NCBI GenBank assembly: GCA_013239625.1
Contig: MU054338.1
Span: forward strand, 6,550,724 to 6,610,723
Source of the DNA: Lama guanicoe
Taxonomy: Eukaryota
Direction of reading: 5' to 3'
DNA length: 60,000 nt
Shown here: positions 34,296 to 46,769 of the stretch, piece by piece
Layout: every line of letters starts with the position of its first letter
How positions within the stretch are numbered: position 1 is the first letter of the stretch
Made by a program: the position numbers and the translations under genes
Notes under the pieces: model-generated
Database searches by the model: none
Told to the model about the DNA's origin: nothing
The model's input: only the letters and a program-made list of their open reading frames with translations

Positions 34296-36979
34296 TTGAA
34301 AAGTAATGCAACTTCTCTGGGAGGTCTTCCTGGATACCCAACCCAAAGTGGACCCCCATTTTTCTCTCTTGTCACAAGCTGTTTCTATCACAATCCTAAT
34401 CACAATTTGTTGTTATATATTTATTTGTTTTTTATGTTGTTTCTTTGTTTCCTCCACTAAACGTCAGCTCTATGAGGGCAAGGAGTTCTCTTCACGGCTG
34501 TGTTCTTAGCACCTGGCACATGGTAGGCACTGAGTAAATACTTGTTGAATGGGTGAGCACAGGGCTGTGTCGGTGTGGTCGGGGGGGAGGTGGGTGTCAG
34601 CTGGCTGTCATGGGTTCCTGGAGGGACCTGTGCTCAACTCTGTTCTCTACTCTCTTCCATTCCTAGCTGTTCACAATACTTCCTTCAGCCATCCTCCCTT
34701 GTATGGGAATGATGACACCTTTGACAACATCTTCCCCCTTTTATGGGTCTTAAGGATTCACCTTATCTATAAAATGGGAGGGAGGATGAATTGGTTCATG
34801 ATAAACCTCCTACCTGATCTAACTGCTATGAAAATAGTCAATCTGATCCTCTCTTTAGTTCATTCAATATTTATTGAGCACCTACTATGAACCAGGCACT
34901 GTCTAGACCCAGCCCTGCCCCCTTGGAGCTGAAGGTCAATGAGGAAGGCACATACAAACCATTAATCTCATCTATCCTGAATACGCCCCCCCCAGTCACT
35001 CTCTATGCCTCATGGAATTTTTGTCTTCATAATCTGAAATCACCTTATTTCTCTGTTTATCCACTGTTTTTGCTCCCTCACCCGCCTCCAGAGTCAGCAG
35101 AGCAGGGATTTGGCTGGTCTTGTTGCTGTAGCCCGACAGCCTGGCCACAGTGTCCTGGCACATAGTAAGCACTTGGGATATATGTGTAAAATGAGCTATA
35201 AAATAAAAGACGAAGTAACGGCAGACTCACAAGCATGACCTCCTCGAATCCTGAAAGTATCATCACCCACTTTGCAGATGAGGAAATTGAGGTTCGGAAA
35301 GGCAAAGCCGTTTGCCCACTCCCACCACTGCAGCTAAGCAGTGTGTGGCTGTGGGATGCAGCAGAGGAAGCTTGGGCAGCCCAGAGGAGCACTCCCAGCC
35401 CCCCACCCCCACCTCGCAGGCACATAGACTCACAGCAAGGGATGCGCTGATGGGGGAGGGGGGTTGGGAGACCGAGGGACAGTGCAAAGCAACTTAGGGG
35501 TCTCTGTCTCAGTTCCCAGGACTGAAGATGCTGTGTTGGCAGGAGATTAGGAAATGCTTGGCGCTGATGGGGGAGCTTCCGGCGCCCTGTCCCCAATTCT
35601 GGCAGCTGGGGCTCCTGGGACCCTGTTTTGATGAGGCGAGGAAGCCAGTCTCTGAAGCCAGGTAGAGACCCCCGCGCCTACCTGGGAGTCCTCGGCATCT
35701 GGGGTCCTCCCCACACATCCTCAGCCCGGAGGCGGGCCTGAAGCCCTCAGAGGGCGTACGGGGGGGGGGCCCTGGCTTTCTTGGGGGTCGGAGGAAGCCC
35801 CTACTGTCCTGGTCCCTCCCTCCCGGGCGCCAGGTCCCCCTTCCCACCGCAGCTCGTAGCCCAAAGCTTACCTTGCATGGGGGCTGGGGAGGGGATGCCC
35901 CGCCCTCTCCGGCCTGGGGGACGGGGAGGGGAAAGGGATGTCCAGACCCTTTGTTTGCTGGTGTGTGTGTATGTATGTGTGTGGGTGGGTGGGTGATTGG
36001 GTATGCGCGATTGTGAGACCCGCTAGGGTGTGGGAACGTGCGCGCTCGTGCCCGGGCCGTGACGGCCGCTGAGATGCTGGACTGCCAGGGCTGGAGGGGG
36101 AGGAGGATGAGAGGGGGACTCCCCCGCCCCCGCCCGCCTACTCACGGGCTGAATGGAGCACGAGAGGGAGGGGCGGCAGCGAGCCACAGCTTTGTATGGA
36201 TGGCCCCTCCCCTTTCCCGGGCAGGGGAATTCCCCCTCCCCCAATCCATTTAGAGACCTTTACTCCTTTCGTTTCAGCCCATTCCCTCCAAACGCCCGCT
36301 CTGAGGGAGTCTAGGAAGAGGCGCCCTTCACTCGAATGGTTGAAGCTCCACTTATCCCAGCCGCCCCCCACCCCCACCCCCGGAGAGCCCTTTAATCTGA
36401 GATAATCCCAACCCTAGGCTGCAACACGGCCTTTTATCCCTATATCAAAGCGTGGGTAGGGATCTATGAAAGTGTGTGGCTGGGGTTGCCCGAATTCAGG
36501 GTAATGGATTCCTTAGAGCCCGGGCTGAGGAAGAGGGCCCCAGACAAGAAAGAAGGGGCTGCGAGCGGTCTTAGGGCACCTCGCGCGGGAAAGACCCTCT
36601 TGGTGCGCAATTCCACGATCTCCTCCTCCGTTTCCTCCCCCTCCCCCTCGCGAGGCCAGGAGCACTGGCAGTTAGTTAGACATTAGCGACACTTAGCGGC
36701 CGCATCAGAAGACGCAGTCAGGCTCCTGAGACCCGTTAGTGTGGTCCGGGTGATTCCAGAAGGGGCGTGTACGCGCGAATCCCTGTTTAGGACTGACAGA
36801 AAATGAGGACGCGAGGGGGAGACTATGATCTGAGCCCGGAAAATGCCAGCCCCCAAGACGGGGCCACATCACTCTCACCTCCGACACTGCAAGAGCAGGG
36901 CCATATCCTTCCTCCACTTATACCCTCCCCCTCGGACTGGGAAAGTGCTTTCATACCAAACACCCTCCCCAGCACAGGG

Positions 36980-37453
36980 TTAAGTCCTTCTTCACAAAGG
37001 ACGGGGGCGCAGTTTTCTCGCCGAGGCCCGGCCCCAGCAGAAGGCTCGGGCTGACGTCACTGCGGTGTGGCTAAGAGGACAATCCTCTCACTGTGTCTCA
37101 CTGACTGTCCCCTCCCTCGCCATGGTCGACACAAGTCATGCGGCAGTGGGAGATGAAGAGGGCTCGAGGTTGGAGGATCCATTTATACTGGTGTCTAGAG
37201 AGAGCCCAGAGCTGCAAGAGGTGAGATATCGGCGTAGACTCCCGGGGCCGGAACACGTGCGCAGGGCTCTTTAAGAGAACTCGGTCGCCAGTGCCGCTGC
37301 CCCGGTTACTAGGGATATGACGTCATGCGCGGGCGGGGACGTGAGCTCCCTGGCGGAAGCGGAAGGGGTGGGGCTCTGCGGGCCGAATCTCCGTGCCGCC
37401 GCCACCGCCGCCGCCGTCGTCAGAGCCGGAGCGGGCTGGGCCGCCGAGGCAAG
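36980..37453 (+). promoter_or_regulatory. CDC37: CDC37 CpG-island promoter and 5' UTR
   Basis: Two full CREs TGACGTCA (37052, 37318), E-box CACGTG (37254), tandem ETS CGGAAGCGGAAG (37354-37365), (GCC)n leader. Confidence 0.8.
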
Positions 37454-37555
37454 ATGGTGGACTACAGCGTGTGGGACCACATCGAGGTGTCTGACGATGA
37501 AGACGAAACGCACCCCAACATCGACACGGCCAGCCTCTTCCGCTGGCGGCACCAG
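37454..37555 (+). CDS. CDC37: CDC37 exon 1: [34 protein letters not shown] (Hsp90 kinase co-chaperone; CK2 site Ser13 intact)
   Basis: Canonical Cdc37 N-terminus; donor CAG|gtagag. Confidence 0.99.
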
Positions 37556-40500
37556 GTAGAGTGCGCGCGCCCAGCCCCTTCCCCCACTCCCAGGACTCCG
37601 CTTCAGAGTTGTGACCCCTGATATTGCCAGGAACCCAACCATTGACACCTGAGATTCCCACCCTACGGTGTGGACTTTTAGTATCGCTCGGCGTTCTTCA
37701 ACTCCGGGACCCCAGAACTGCCAGGACCCTTTAGTCCCTGCCCACGATCCCGCCCCGTCCTCCGATTTCTTCTTGGAACTCCCAGCTGACCCCTAGGGCA
37801 CCTTTTTCAGAGTCTGGACTCGCAAGACGATCTTTGGGCTTGCCCCTCAGTCCAGTTTGGGACCTTCCATTTACACCCAGAATACTGACTCAGAATTTGG
37901 ACCTTGATCCTATTCGGATACCCACTTGGGACGTTGGATATCCCACCAACCCCTCCAACCCCTAAAGTCCCCAATACTCTAAGTCCATTCTGCGTCTTGC
38001 CTCTCTGGGTCTTTGACAGAAATTCCCATTTAGGTCCAGAGCTCTTACTTCTCCAGATAGACCAAGGAACTCTGCCCTTTCCTGAGATTTCTGTTCTGGC
38101 CCAGGACTCCTTCCCTGGAATGTAGACCGGTGCCCCAGGAGGACCCTCAGTCCCATCTAGGACAGGAATTTTGAAACATAGCTCCCCTTCAGACTGAACC
38201 ACCAGCTCCACCCTGATGGAGCCTCCAATTCCGTCCGTTCTTTGGCCTCACATACCGTAGACCCAGTTTCCCATTACATCAGGAAGCCCTACCCACATGG
38301 CTTCCTGCCCAGCCAGAACCCCTGCCCCTACTTGGTACTGCAGACCTGGTCACCACCCACCCCAAGATGGGCTTCCTATAGGAACCTCTGCCAACATTGG
38401 AATCCCTCATTCAGACCCATGTCCGGGACCCAAACCCACCCCACCTTCCTTCCCACCCAGTTTAAGTCTGCTGTTCTCGAGATACCCAGATTAACCCTGC
38501 TCTTACCAGTAACCCTCCCAGTGTGATTTCACATTCACTGGCCTTTCTTTTATTTGTTTTCTCCCTCATCCAGACCCCAGAATCCCAAGTCTGTGTGTTC
38601 TCTCACCCGTCTCCCTGCCCGGCAGTGCTCACAGGCCAACAGAATGACTCTCATGAGACCTAATTGTCTAACCTCCTGCTCCACTGAATGAGAGCTTCTG
38701 CACCCACATACCTGCATCTGTTATACTCTCTAAATGAGAGCTTGTATCTCTCAGAACCTTCCAGTTGGGAACTCCTGACCCCACCTTCTCATCTATCAGC
38801 TCCCATTCATTTATCCAGAAACTCCTAGAAGGGCCCATTCTGCTGACACAGTCTTAGTCCCTACATCTGATTCCCAGTCCCAGTCCCAACCCATTTCTTA
38901 AAGCAGCAGTCTCCTGGGTAGCATACCTGCCAGGCAAGCCACTAGACTGTAAGAAGAAAGTTCTAGCACTTCTCTTTCTGGTTATGTGTAACATTTTATA
39001 ATGAAATATTTAAGGTCCTTGCAAAGCTTTAAAGACTATTCTTGAGAACACCTATTTCTGTCACGTAGTTAATCGGTATAACTGTGTGGAGGCCAGTTTG
39101 GTCCTGCTGGATGGGAGGCCAGTGCCCCCTCTCCTGCAATGTACTCCTGCCACCATGTCCTTCTCCCTCTCGGCACAAAGCTTTTTCCTGTCCTGCCACC
39201 CAGAGTCCCACAGCTGTAGTGGAGGCAGGGAGCCACTGAACCAGCACCAGGTTCAGTGGCCAGCAAGCCTGGCCTCTAATCCAAGCCCTGCCACAAGACC
39301 GTGGCTGCTTTACTCCAGGGGAAGCAAGACCCCCACCTCCATGAGACCATCATAAGAATGATGTGAGATTAGAACTGAAAAGCACTTGACTCAGGGTCTG
39401 GGAAGAAGTAAGTGTACCAGAGGGGAAGGTGGGATTAGAGAAGAAGTAGTCCGGATCCTTCCTGAGTATAGGCCTGCCCACCTAGGTTCAGATCCTGTCT
39501 CAGATCCTGTCTCCTTCTGAATCACTGACTTGCTGCATGGCCGCCAGTGAGTTTTTAATCTCCCTGTGCCTCAGTTTCCCCAGCTGGGAATCTTAGTGGT
39601 ATCCACCCCATTGGGTTGTTGTGAGGGTCAGCTTATTTCTTTAATGTGTGTAATGCTCTCAGGACAGTACCTGGCATGTAATAAGTTCTGTGGAAACTTC
39701 AGTCACTATCATTGTCATTACTCAGGTAACTCATGATAAAAAAATAATCCAAGGTTTCCAGAAGGGGACAAGTGAGTCGTCCCAGCTCCCACTCCCTTGC
39801 CTGGAGACAGCTACCAGTACTCGTTTCTTGTGGCTCCTTCCAGTGAGCTGTGGGACATTGAGGTTCTGTGAGTCTCGGTTTCCTGATCTGTAAGGCAGGA
39901 GGGCAGTGACACCTGTGGCCCTTTCTCGCTGCCGAGGCTTCTGCCCTGCCCAACCTGCTACAGCCCTTCCTGGAGGCGTAAAGCCCAGGCCGGGCGCACT
40001 GCCACCCCCACCAGCTCCAGGAGGCCTTTATTTAGCTTTGACCTCCCTGATGGCTGCTCAGAGAATGCCGGGAAGGTTTTGATGACCGCCCAGCAGAAAC
40101 CAGCAGGGTGGTAGATTCCTGCTGCCACCCAAGACCAGCTATGATGTTGACCATATAGAGCCCCTCACAAGGCAGCAGGAAGGCTCCAGGGTGACACAGG
40201 CCCATCATGGAGGAGAGGTGGCAGAGACCACAAGGCATCCTCCACAAGACGATGGCCTTCTCCACCCCTTATCCTCAGGTGAAAAGGGAGGCTCAGCATT
40301 GGCTGGGTCTGTCCTCAGGGGCGTCAGAGAGGGGCTCAGGTCTGCTGATCCTCACCCACATGTGCCTGTCCCTGTGCTAGAACCTGGAGATCCGACCTCG
40401 AATAAAGCACAGAAGCAAATTAGCAGACCATCTGCTGGCCACGACAACGGTGACGCCAGCGGGACACGTACACCGAGTGCTGTGTTGCACGCAGTTTCTT

Positions 40501-40724
40501 TGGAGTAATTCATTTAGTCCTCACAACACACCTGTGAGGCCCCACTTCCTAGAGGGGGACGCCAAGGCAGGGAGAGGTGCAAGCGACTGGGCTAAGGTCT
40601 AGTTACTGTAAGTGGAGGAGCTGGGTGCTCTGATGGTGCAGTAACAACCCCTCCCAGTTACCAGGCATTTACTCCAGGCTAGAAATGGAACTGAGCACTT
40701 GAAGTAAATTTCCCTTTTTTTAGA

Positions 40725-40822
40725 CTTTTTTTTTTTTTAATGAAAGTACTGTGCTTGAACCCAGGACCCCAGGACCTCATGCATGCTGAGCACTCATTCT
40801 ACCACTGAGCTATACTCTCCCC
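40725..40822 (-). mobile_element. Camelid-type SINE in CDC37 intron 1
   Basis: Reverse-complement SINE head, poly-T, gaagta(a/c)attt TSD. Confidence 0.8.
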
Positions 40823-42508
40823 GCCGGAAGTACATTTTCTTGTTTGAATCCCATACAGCCCCCAGAGAGAGGGAGAGTGCCCCTCGGATAGACAGCATGG
40901 GAATGGCGCTCACTGAGGGTCTACTGGACCGTCTGCTTAATAACTTCTTTTGCTTCTCCTGGTGCCACCCTGCGAGGTCGGCACTGATGTCTGCATGTGA
41001 CAGATGAGGAATCTGAGGTTAGGGAGTTGACCCAGGGACACGCAGCCATTAAGTAGAGACTGTGGGCTATGACCCCAGGTCTGGGGTCCCAAGGCCATCC
41101 ACCAGCATCTCGTCAGATCAACTGATGATCACAGAGGGGCCTTTGGGGCTCAGTGACTCGGGGGGTTGGGCAGGCTCTGTCGAAGCTGGGACTTGGGGGC
41201 GAAGCAAATGGAGTCAGGGGAAGAGAGTTCCAGGTGGAAGGAACAGCATAGGCAGAGGCTAAGAGAGAGCTGGTCCATTCAGGGAACCACAAGGGCCAGC
41301 ATCGACCTGGGACCCAGAGTTGGGAGAGGAGAGTGGGACCCAGCCCCCTGAGGAGCCTTGGTGCCATCTGGGCAGCTTGGGGCAGGGGTCTGGGGTCCCA
41401 TCTAAACCCAGATACTCCAGGTCCGGGTGGCAGGGAAGGCTGCAGTCAGAGGTGCATGTTTCAAGGACTCCTCTGGCAGCTTCTGAGCCTGGATTGAGGG
41501 GATGGCCATCAAAGGTGGTGGCACCCCTCACGGCTCAGCTAGTGGCTCTGGATTGAGGAGGCACTGTTGGGAGCTGGGAGAGATGCTGGGGGAGCCAAGC
41601 AGGGGTGGAGAGTGGACAGGCCCCAGTAATCTAACAGGGGCCTGGTGAGGGGACTGAGTGGGATGAAGAGTGAAGAGATGAGGTGCCATCACCAAGTTTG
41701 GAGTGCAAGGGAAGAAGAGGTCTGGGGAGCGGCATCTGGCGGGGAGGACAGGGCACCAAGCCCAGGAGGGCTTGCTGGCCTGGAGAGAGAGCTGCATGGA
41801 CCTTTTGAGATCCAGGTGCAACTCTTGGGATGGAGCAAACTGGAGAAACAACTAGAAAAGAAAACTGTCAGGATTTGGTGGCAGAGAGGAAGGGAGGGGT
41901 AGGGCTCATGAGCAGTCCTAACAGGCTGAAGAGGTGGGGAGGGTCTTCACTGAGGCCAGACATAGCAGAAAACCAGATTTGGGGGATCCAGGTGGTGAGT
42001 TCAGTTAGGGGCACAGAGTGGAGGTGCCTGTGGGACACCCAGGCAGAAACGGCTTGAGGGGGTTAATGGGCAGAGGAGGGTACCCCAGTGTTGCCAAGGG
42101 CAGCTCCAGGGAGAAGGCGGATCCTGAGGCCTTGGGAAGGGGTGAGGCCTCCATTCAGTGTCTCATTGCTTTATTACATCCAGCAAGCCTATCTTGAGTC
42201 CTTACTGTGCACCAGATCCAGACACAACAGTGACCAGATCCCCACCTTCTTGAAGCCAGTATCCTTGGAGGAAGACAATGTCCAAAATACCGTAATTGTC
42301 ACAGGATGTTGTCAGGTGTCAAGGGCTAATCAGAGTAAGGGGAGGTTGTGACCTTCAACAGGGAGGTCAGGGAAGGCCTCAACTGTAAGGGACATTCGAA
42401 GATGATAAGGATGCGGTGGGGTGGGGGTTCTAGGGAGAGAGTGTTCCAGGCCAAGGGAACAGCCAGTGCAAAGGCCCTGAGGTTTGAAGTGAGTTCAAGA
42501 AAAGGGGA

Positions 42509-42616
42509 GGGGAGGAAAGGTATAGCTTGGTGGTAGAGTGCATGCTTAACATGCACAAGGCCCTGGATTCCATTCCTGGTACCTCCATTAAAAAACAACA
42601 GCAACAAAAAACAAAC
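42509..42616 (+). mobile_element. Camelid-type SINE inserted in an L2 relic
   Basis: ggtatagcttggtggtagagtgcatgcttaacatgcac...acctccattaaaaaa. Confidence 0.8.
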
Positions 42617-42957
42617 AGTGAGGCAGCCTGTGTGGCTGGAGGGAGGGGGCAATCAGGAGGAGGTGAGGGCATGGAGGTGACAGGGCAGGTTGTGCATGGC
42701 CTTGTGGGCCGTGGGAAGGACTTGGGCTTTTGCTCAGAGTGAGGTGGGAGCCATATAGGGTTCTGAGCAGAGGAGGGACCTGCCCTGGCTCACGTGTGCC
42801 CAGGTGAGAGTGGAAGCTGGGAGTCCAGCACACGAGGTTCACTTGGACATTCTCTGGGGCCATCCCAGGTGCAGCTGTCAGGAGCCCGGGGCGAGGGTGG
42901 GGCTGGGGTCAAGGGACAGGCCATTCCTCAGAGCCATGGACCATTCCTGTCCGGCAG

Positions 42958-43239
42958 GCCCGGGTGGAGCGCATGGAGCAGTTCCAGAAAGAGAAGGAGG
43001 AGCTGGACAGGGGCTGCCGCGAGTGCAAACGCAAGGTGGCCGAGTGCCAGCGGAAGCTGAAGGAGCTGGAGGTGGCCGAGGGCGAGGGAGGCAAGGCCGA
43101 GCTGGAGCGGCTGCAGGCCGAGGCGCAGCAGCTGCGCAAGGAGGAGCGGAGCTGGGAGCAGAAGCTGGAGGAGATGCGCAAGAAGGAGAAGAGCATGCCC
43201 TGGAACGTGGACACGCTCAGCAAGGATGGCTTCAGCAAG
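42958..43239 (+). CDS. CDC37: CDC37 exon 2: ARVERMEQFQKEKEELDRGCRECKRKVAECQRKLKELEVAEGEGGKAELERLQ...SMPWNVDTLSKDGFSK
   Basis: ORF 42964..43395; cag| acceptor, AAG|gtgtgt donor; 282 nt. Confidence 0.98.
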
Positions 43240-43577
43240 GTGTGTGGGGCGGGGCGTGCCGGCAGCCTGCGGCAGGCTGGGGGTTGGGCGCAGTGGATTG
43301 TGCAGGTTGGGGGTTGGCTGGATAGGGGCATGGGTGGGAGGCACAGGTGTAGGCGCCCTGGGTGGGTGAAGTACCCCACCAGTACCCTCCTCTGATCTGC
43401 CCAAAGGCCCCAGTCCGAGGCCACGCCTGCCACGCCCACGCTCCCGCCACACTGATGTTCACGCCGTCACCACCTCCACTCTGGACGGGATGGGCACTGA
43501 GGCCACGGCCCACCCGGCCACGTTTGAGGCGCTCCACAGCCTCTCCCCAGCCCACTCCCCTTCTCACCCCACCACAG

Positions 43578-43686
43578 AGCATGGTCAATACCAAGCCTGA
43601 GCAGGCAGAGGAGGACTCGGAGGAGGCGAGGGAGCAGAAACACAAAACCTTCGTGGAAAAGTACGAGAAACAGATCAAACACTTTG
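43578..43686 (+). CDS. CDC37: CDC37 exon 3: SMVNTKPEQAEEDSEEAREQKHKTFVEKYEKQIKHF(G)
   Basis: acag| acceptor, G|gtgagt donor; 109 nt. Confidence 0.98.
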
Positions 43687-43796
43687 GTGAGTTGGGTGCG
43701 GGGGGCCACCAGTGGGGGCGGGCGATGGTGCATGTGACAGAGGACGGTCCTCTGCTTCCAGGGCCCTGCTGACACTTTGCAAACACCTTCTCACAG

Positions 43797-43912
43797 GCAT
43801 GCTCCGCCGCTGGGACGACAGCCAGAAGTACCTGTCAGACAACGTCCACCTGGTGTGTGAGGAGACCGCCAACTACCTGGTCATCTGGTGCATCGATCTA
43901 GAGGTGGAGGAG
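43797..43912 (+). CDS. CDC37: CDC37 exon 4: (G)MLRRWDDSQKYLSDNVHLVCEETANYLVIWCIDLEVEE
   Basis: acag| acceptor, GAG|gtgagt donor; 116 nt. Confidence 0.98.
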
Positions 43913-43997
43913 GTGAGTGGGGCTGTTCCCGGGGCTACGGAGCGGCTCTGCCCTGAGTCCGCCACCTGGTGACGCTGTGCCTATTCTCCCTTGGCAG

Positions 43998-44120
43998 AAA
44001 TGTGCACTCATGGAGCAGGTGGCCCACCAGACCATCGTCATGCAGTTCATCCTGGAGCTGGCCAAGAGCCTGAAAGTGGACCCCCGCGCCTGCTTCCGGC
44101 AGTTCTTCACCAAGATCAAG
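43998..44120 (+). CDS. CDC37: CDC37 exon 5: KCALMEQVAHQTIVMQFILELAKSLKVDPRACFRQFFTKIK
   Basis: gcag| acceptor, AAG|gtagca donor; 123 nt. Confidence 0.98.
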
Positions 44121-44755
44121 GTAGCAGCCTGAGTGGCTGGGGCAGATTTGGGGGTGATCATTCTCAGGGAACCAGCCAGCAGTCCACTGGGGGCAGTGGA
44201 CACGGGTCTACTTGGACTCGAGGCCCTGTGATCAGAACCTCACACATCAGGAGACGGAGGAGCTGAGAAGTGATTGGCAGATTTTGAAAGCAGAGCTGAC
44301 AGGATGTGCTGAGAGTCCCAGCCTGGGGTAAGGCCCGGAGTCGGATGCCTGCGGGCTTCTTACCTGAGCACTTGGAAGAGCAGAGCTACCCCTGCTGAGC
44401 TGGAGGAGGCCAGCAGCAGGGTGGACTGGGTGTGGGGGTGGTGATCCAGAGCTCAGGGGTAACTATGTTGAGTTTGAGGTGCCAGCGAAACTCCCCACAG
44501 GAGGAGGCGGTGGGTGTCACGAGTCTGCGGTTCAGGGGACCATGCAGGCAGATGGTCGTGAGCACGTGGGTGTAAACCCGAGCGCAGAGGAGGTGGAGGA
44601 GGATAAATGGAGCAGAGGAGAAGCCTGAGCCCCAGGGCACCCATCCTATAGTTGGGGACCAGACATAGGAGGTCCTTGGGCGTCTCTGAGGACCTGCAGC
44701 GGGAGGACCTGGGGACCCCAGTCCCACTCTGTGAACGCCCCCGCCCCCTCCACAG

Positions 44756-44938
44756 ACTGCTGACCGCCAGTACATGGAGGGCTTCAACGACGAGCTGGAG
44801 GCCTTCAAAGACCGCGTGCGGGGCCGCGCCAAGCTGCGCATCGAGAAGGCCATGAAGGAGTACGAGGAGGAGGAGCGCAAGAAGCGGCTGGGCCCCGGTG
44901 GCCTGGACCCTGTCGAGGTCTACGAGTCCCTCCCTGAG
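44756..44938 (+). CDS. CDC37: CDC37 exon 6: TADRQYMEGFNDELEAFKDRVRGRAKLRIEKAMKEYEEEERKKRLGPGGLDPVEVYESLPE
   Basis: acag| acceptor, GAG|gtgcag donor; 183 nt. Confidence 0.98.
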
Positions 44939-45032
44939 GTGCAGCTCCCTACTCCTCCCAGCTGGCAGGCGGTGGGCGTGGGCAGGCAGCCGGCAGGACC
45001 CTGGCCCTGACCCTGCCCCTCTGCACCCACAG

Positions 45033-45104
45033 GATCTCCAGAGATGTTTTGATGTGAAGGACGTGCAGATGCTCCAGGATGCCATCAGCAAGATGGACCC
45101 CGCC
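45033..45104 (+). CDS. CDC37: CDC37 exon 7: DLQRCFDVKDVQMLQDAISKMDPA
   Basis: acag| acceptor, GCC|gtgagt donor; 72 nt. Confidence 0.97.
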
Positions 45105-45721
45105 GTGAGTAACCACCTGCCAGGTCCCCCACCACTCCTCTCTCCCCACCCGGCTCCCCAGCGATGTGTCTCCCCGCCCCCTCCAGCCCTGCCGCCCACG
45201 TGACTGGTAGAAGTGCCTCTCCTGGGCTTCTCAAAGGAGTAAGGGAGGTTTTGTTACCCTGTGACCGGCACACCAGGCAGCCAGGCTTCATGCCATGTGC
45301 TCAACTTTAATTTATTGAGCACTACTGTGTGCGCAGCATCCAGATTGACTGCCACTGTCGCTGTGGGCTGTTAATAAGCACACCTAGCTGACCCCACCTT
45401 TGTCAGCCAGTCAGAGTAGCCCAAGGAGGGGGCTCCCCCCTCAACCACTGTGACCCCATCAAACCAGTTTCTCTCTGGGTATTAACTCACAAAATTCATA
45501 GGGAGGGCTGAGCACGTAGTAGGCACTGGTAAACACTGGCTGTTAGGAGCAGTAAGAGTGGTGGTAAGTGAAGACTTTGAGTCTTTAGAGACCTCAGTGT
45601 GACTCCATTCCTGCCGCTTGGCTCACTGGTTGACCCTCTGGTTTCCTCATCTGCAAAATGGGTCTAGTCGCCACACGGGCCCAGGGTTTGTAGAGACTTC
45701 TATGGGAATGAGCATCTAGAC

Positions 45722-46125
45722 CAAGGGTCTTCAGACTCTGGCTTGCAGGCTCACTGCCTGTCTATAAAGTTTTATGGGACTGCAGTGGCCACACTCATTT
45801 ATTTTCATCTTGTCTGTGGCTAATTTGGGGCTGCAACCGTAAAGTTGAGGAGTGATGAGTTTAGAGGTTTTGACAAAGACCATAGGCCCATAAGCCAAAA
45901 ACATTTACTGCCTGGCACTTTACTAAAAAACCACTTGCTGACCCTTGTGCGAGACCCTACACTGTTTAAATTTGAATTAAAGTTAAGTGAAATTTCAAGT
46001 TCTATCCCTCCCCTGCACTAGGCACATTTGAAATACTCGGTAGCTAGTGGCACCCATGTTGAATGGCGCAGATTACAGACCATTTTCATCATCGCAGACA
46101 GTTCTCTTGGACAACTGTGATCTAG
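45722..46125. mobile_element. MER58-like and MER3/MER33-like hAT relics in CDC37 intron 7
   Basis: ataaagttttatggg...gaccataggcccataagccaaaaacatttact; cattttcatcatcgcagacagttctcttggaca. Confidence 0.6.
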
Positions 46126-46219
46126 AATAATTGGGAAGCAGGCTTGAGAACGTGCAGGGGACAGGCAGGCCACCAGGAGATGGCAGCCCAGCCTCACCTG
46201 CCCACTCTTCTCCCTACAG

Positions 46220-46375
46220 GATGCGAAGTACCACATGCAGCGCTGCATCGACTCTGGCCTCTGGGTCCCCAACTCCAAGTCCAGTGAGGCCAAGGAAGGG
46301 GAGGAGGCAGGTCCTGGGGACCCCTTGCTGGAAGCCACCCCAAAGCTGGGTGATGAGAAAGATGTCAGCGCCTGA
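46220..46375 (+). CDS. CDC37: CDC37 exon 8 (last coding): DAKYHMQRCIDSGLWVPNSKSSEAKEGEEAGPGDPLLEATPKLGDEKDVSA*
   Basis: tacag| acceptor; TGA 46373-46375; exon lengths sum to 1143 nt = 380 aa + stop. Confidence 0.97.
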   Translation, partial: DAKYHMQRCIDSGLWVPNSKSSEAKEGEEAGPGDPLLEATPKLGDEKDVSA

Positions 46376-46763
46376 TCCGCTCCAGCTGCCGCCAGCCTGC
46401 CTGCAGGCCCCTGTGCACCCCTTTTCAGAAAACAAAAATAGATGCCATCTCCCCAGTTCCTGGCTTCCTCCACTTTTGCTGCTCCCCCACCTAGCCCGGA
46501 GGGGCTGCCCACCCCCTCCACTGCCCCCACCCCCCAGCACTCATCGAGTCTCTGCTTCGAGTCAAGGGGTTTCACTGCCTGCAGCCCCCCATCAGCATTC
46601 TGCCAAAGGCTGGGGGGTCCAGGGAGGGGCAGAGGTTGCCAGGCTGGTCCACAGGGTGGGGGTGGGGGCCCCAGCTCAGGGGCCGCTCCAGTCACCGTGG
46701 ACTCTTGTTTTCACTGTTGGTCTGCTGTCGAATCTTCTATATAGTAAACAGCAATGATCTTCC

Positions 46764-46769
46764 AATAAA
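46764..46769 (+). terminator. CDC37: CDC37 polyadenylation signal AATAAA
   Basis: First AATAAA seen after the stop codon, about 390 nt downstream. Confidence 0.8.

Noticed and set aside
37390..37475. Region corresponding to human MIR1181 in the CDC37 5' UTR/start
   Set aside because: The flanks resemble the recalled human hairpin, but the GCC-rich mature segment differs here; no support for a conserved miRNA
39488..39511. 12-bp tandem duplication tcagatcctgtc x2
   Set aside because: Ordinary slippage inside a MIR relic
43070..43100. AEGEGGK in CDC37, two residues longer than the recalled human AEGGK (380 vs 378 aa)
   Set aside because: Small indel in a variable loop that I recall in other ungulates; not unusual
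42909..46695. Minus-strand ORFs overlapping CDC37 exons
   Set aside because: Antisense shadows of GC3-rich coding sequence
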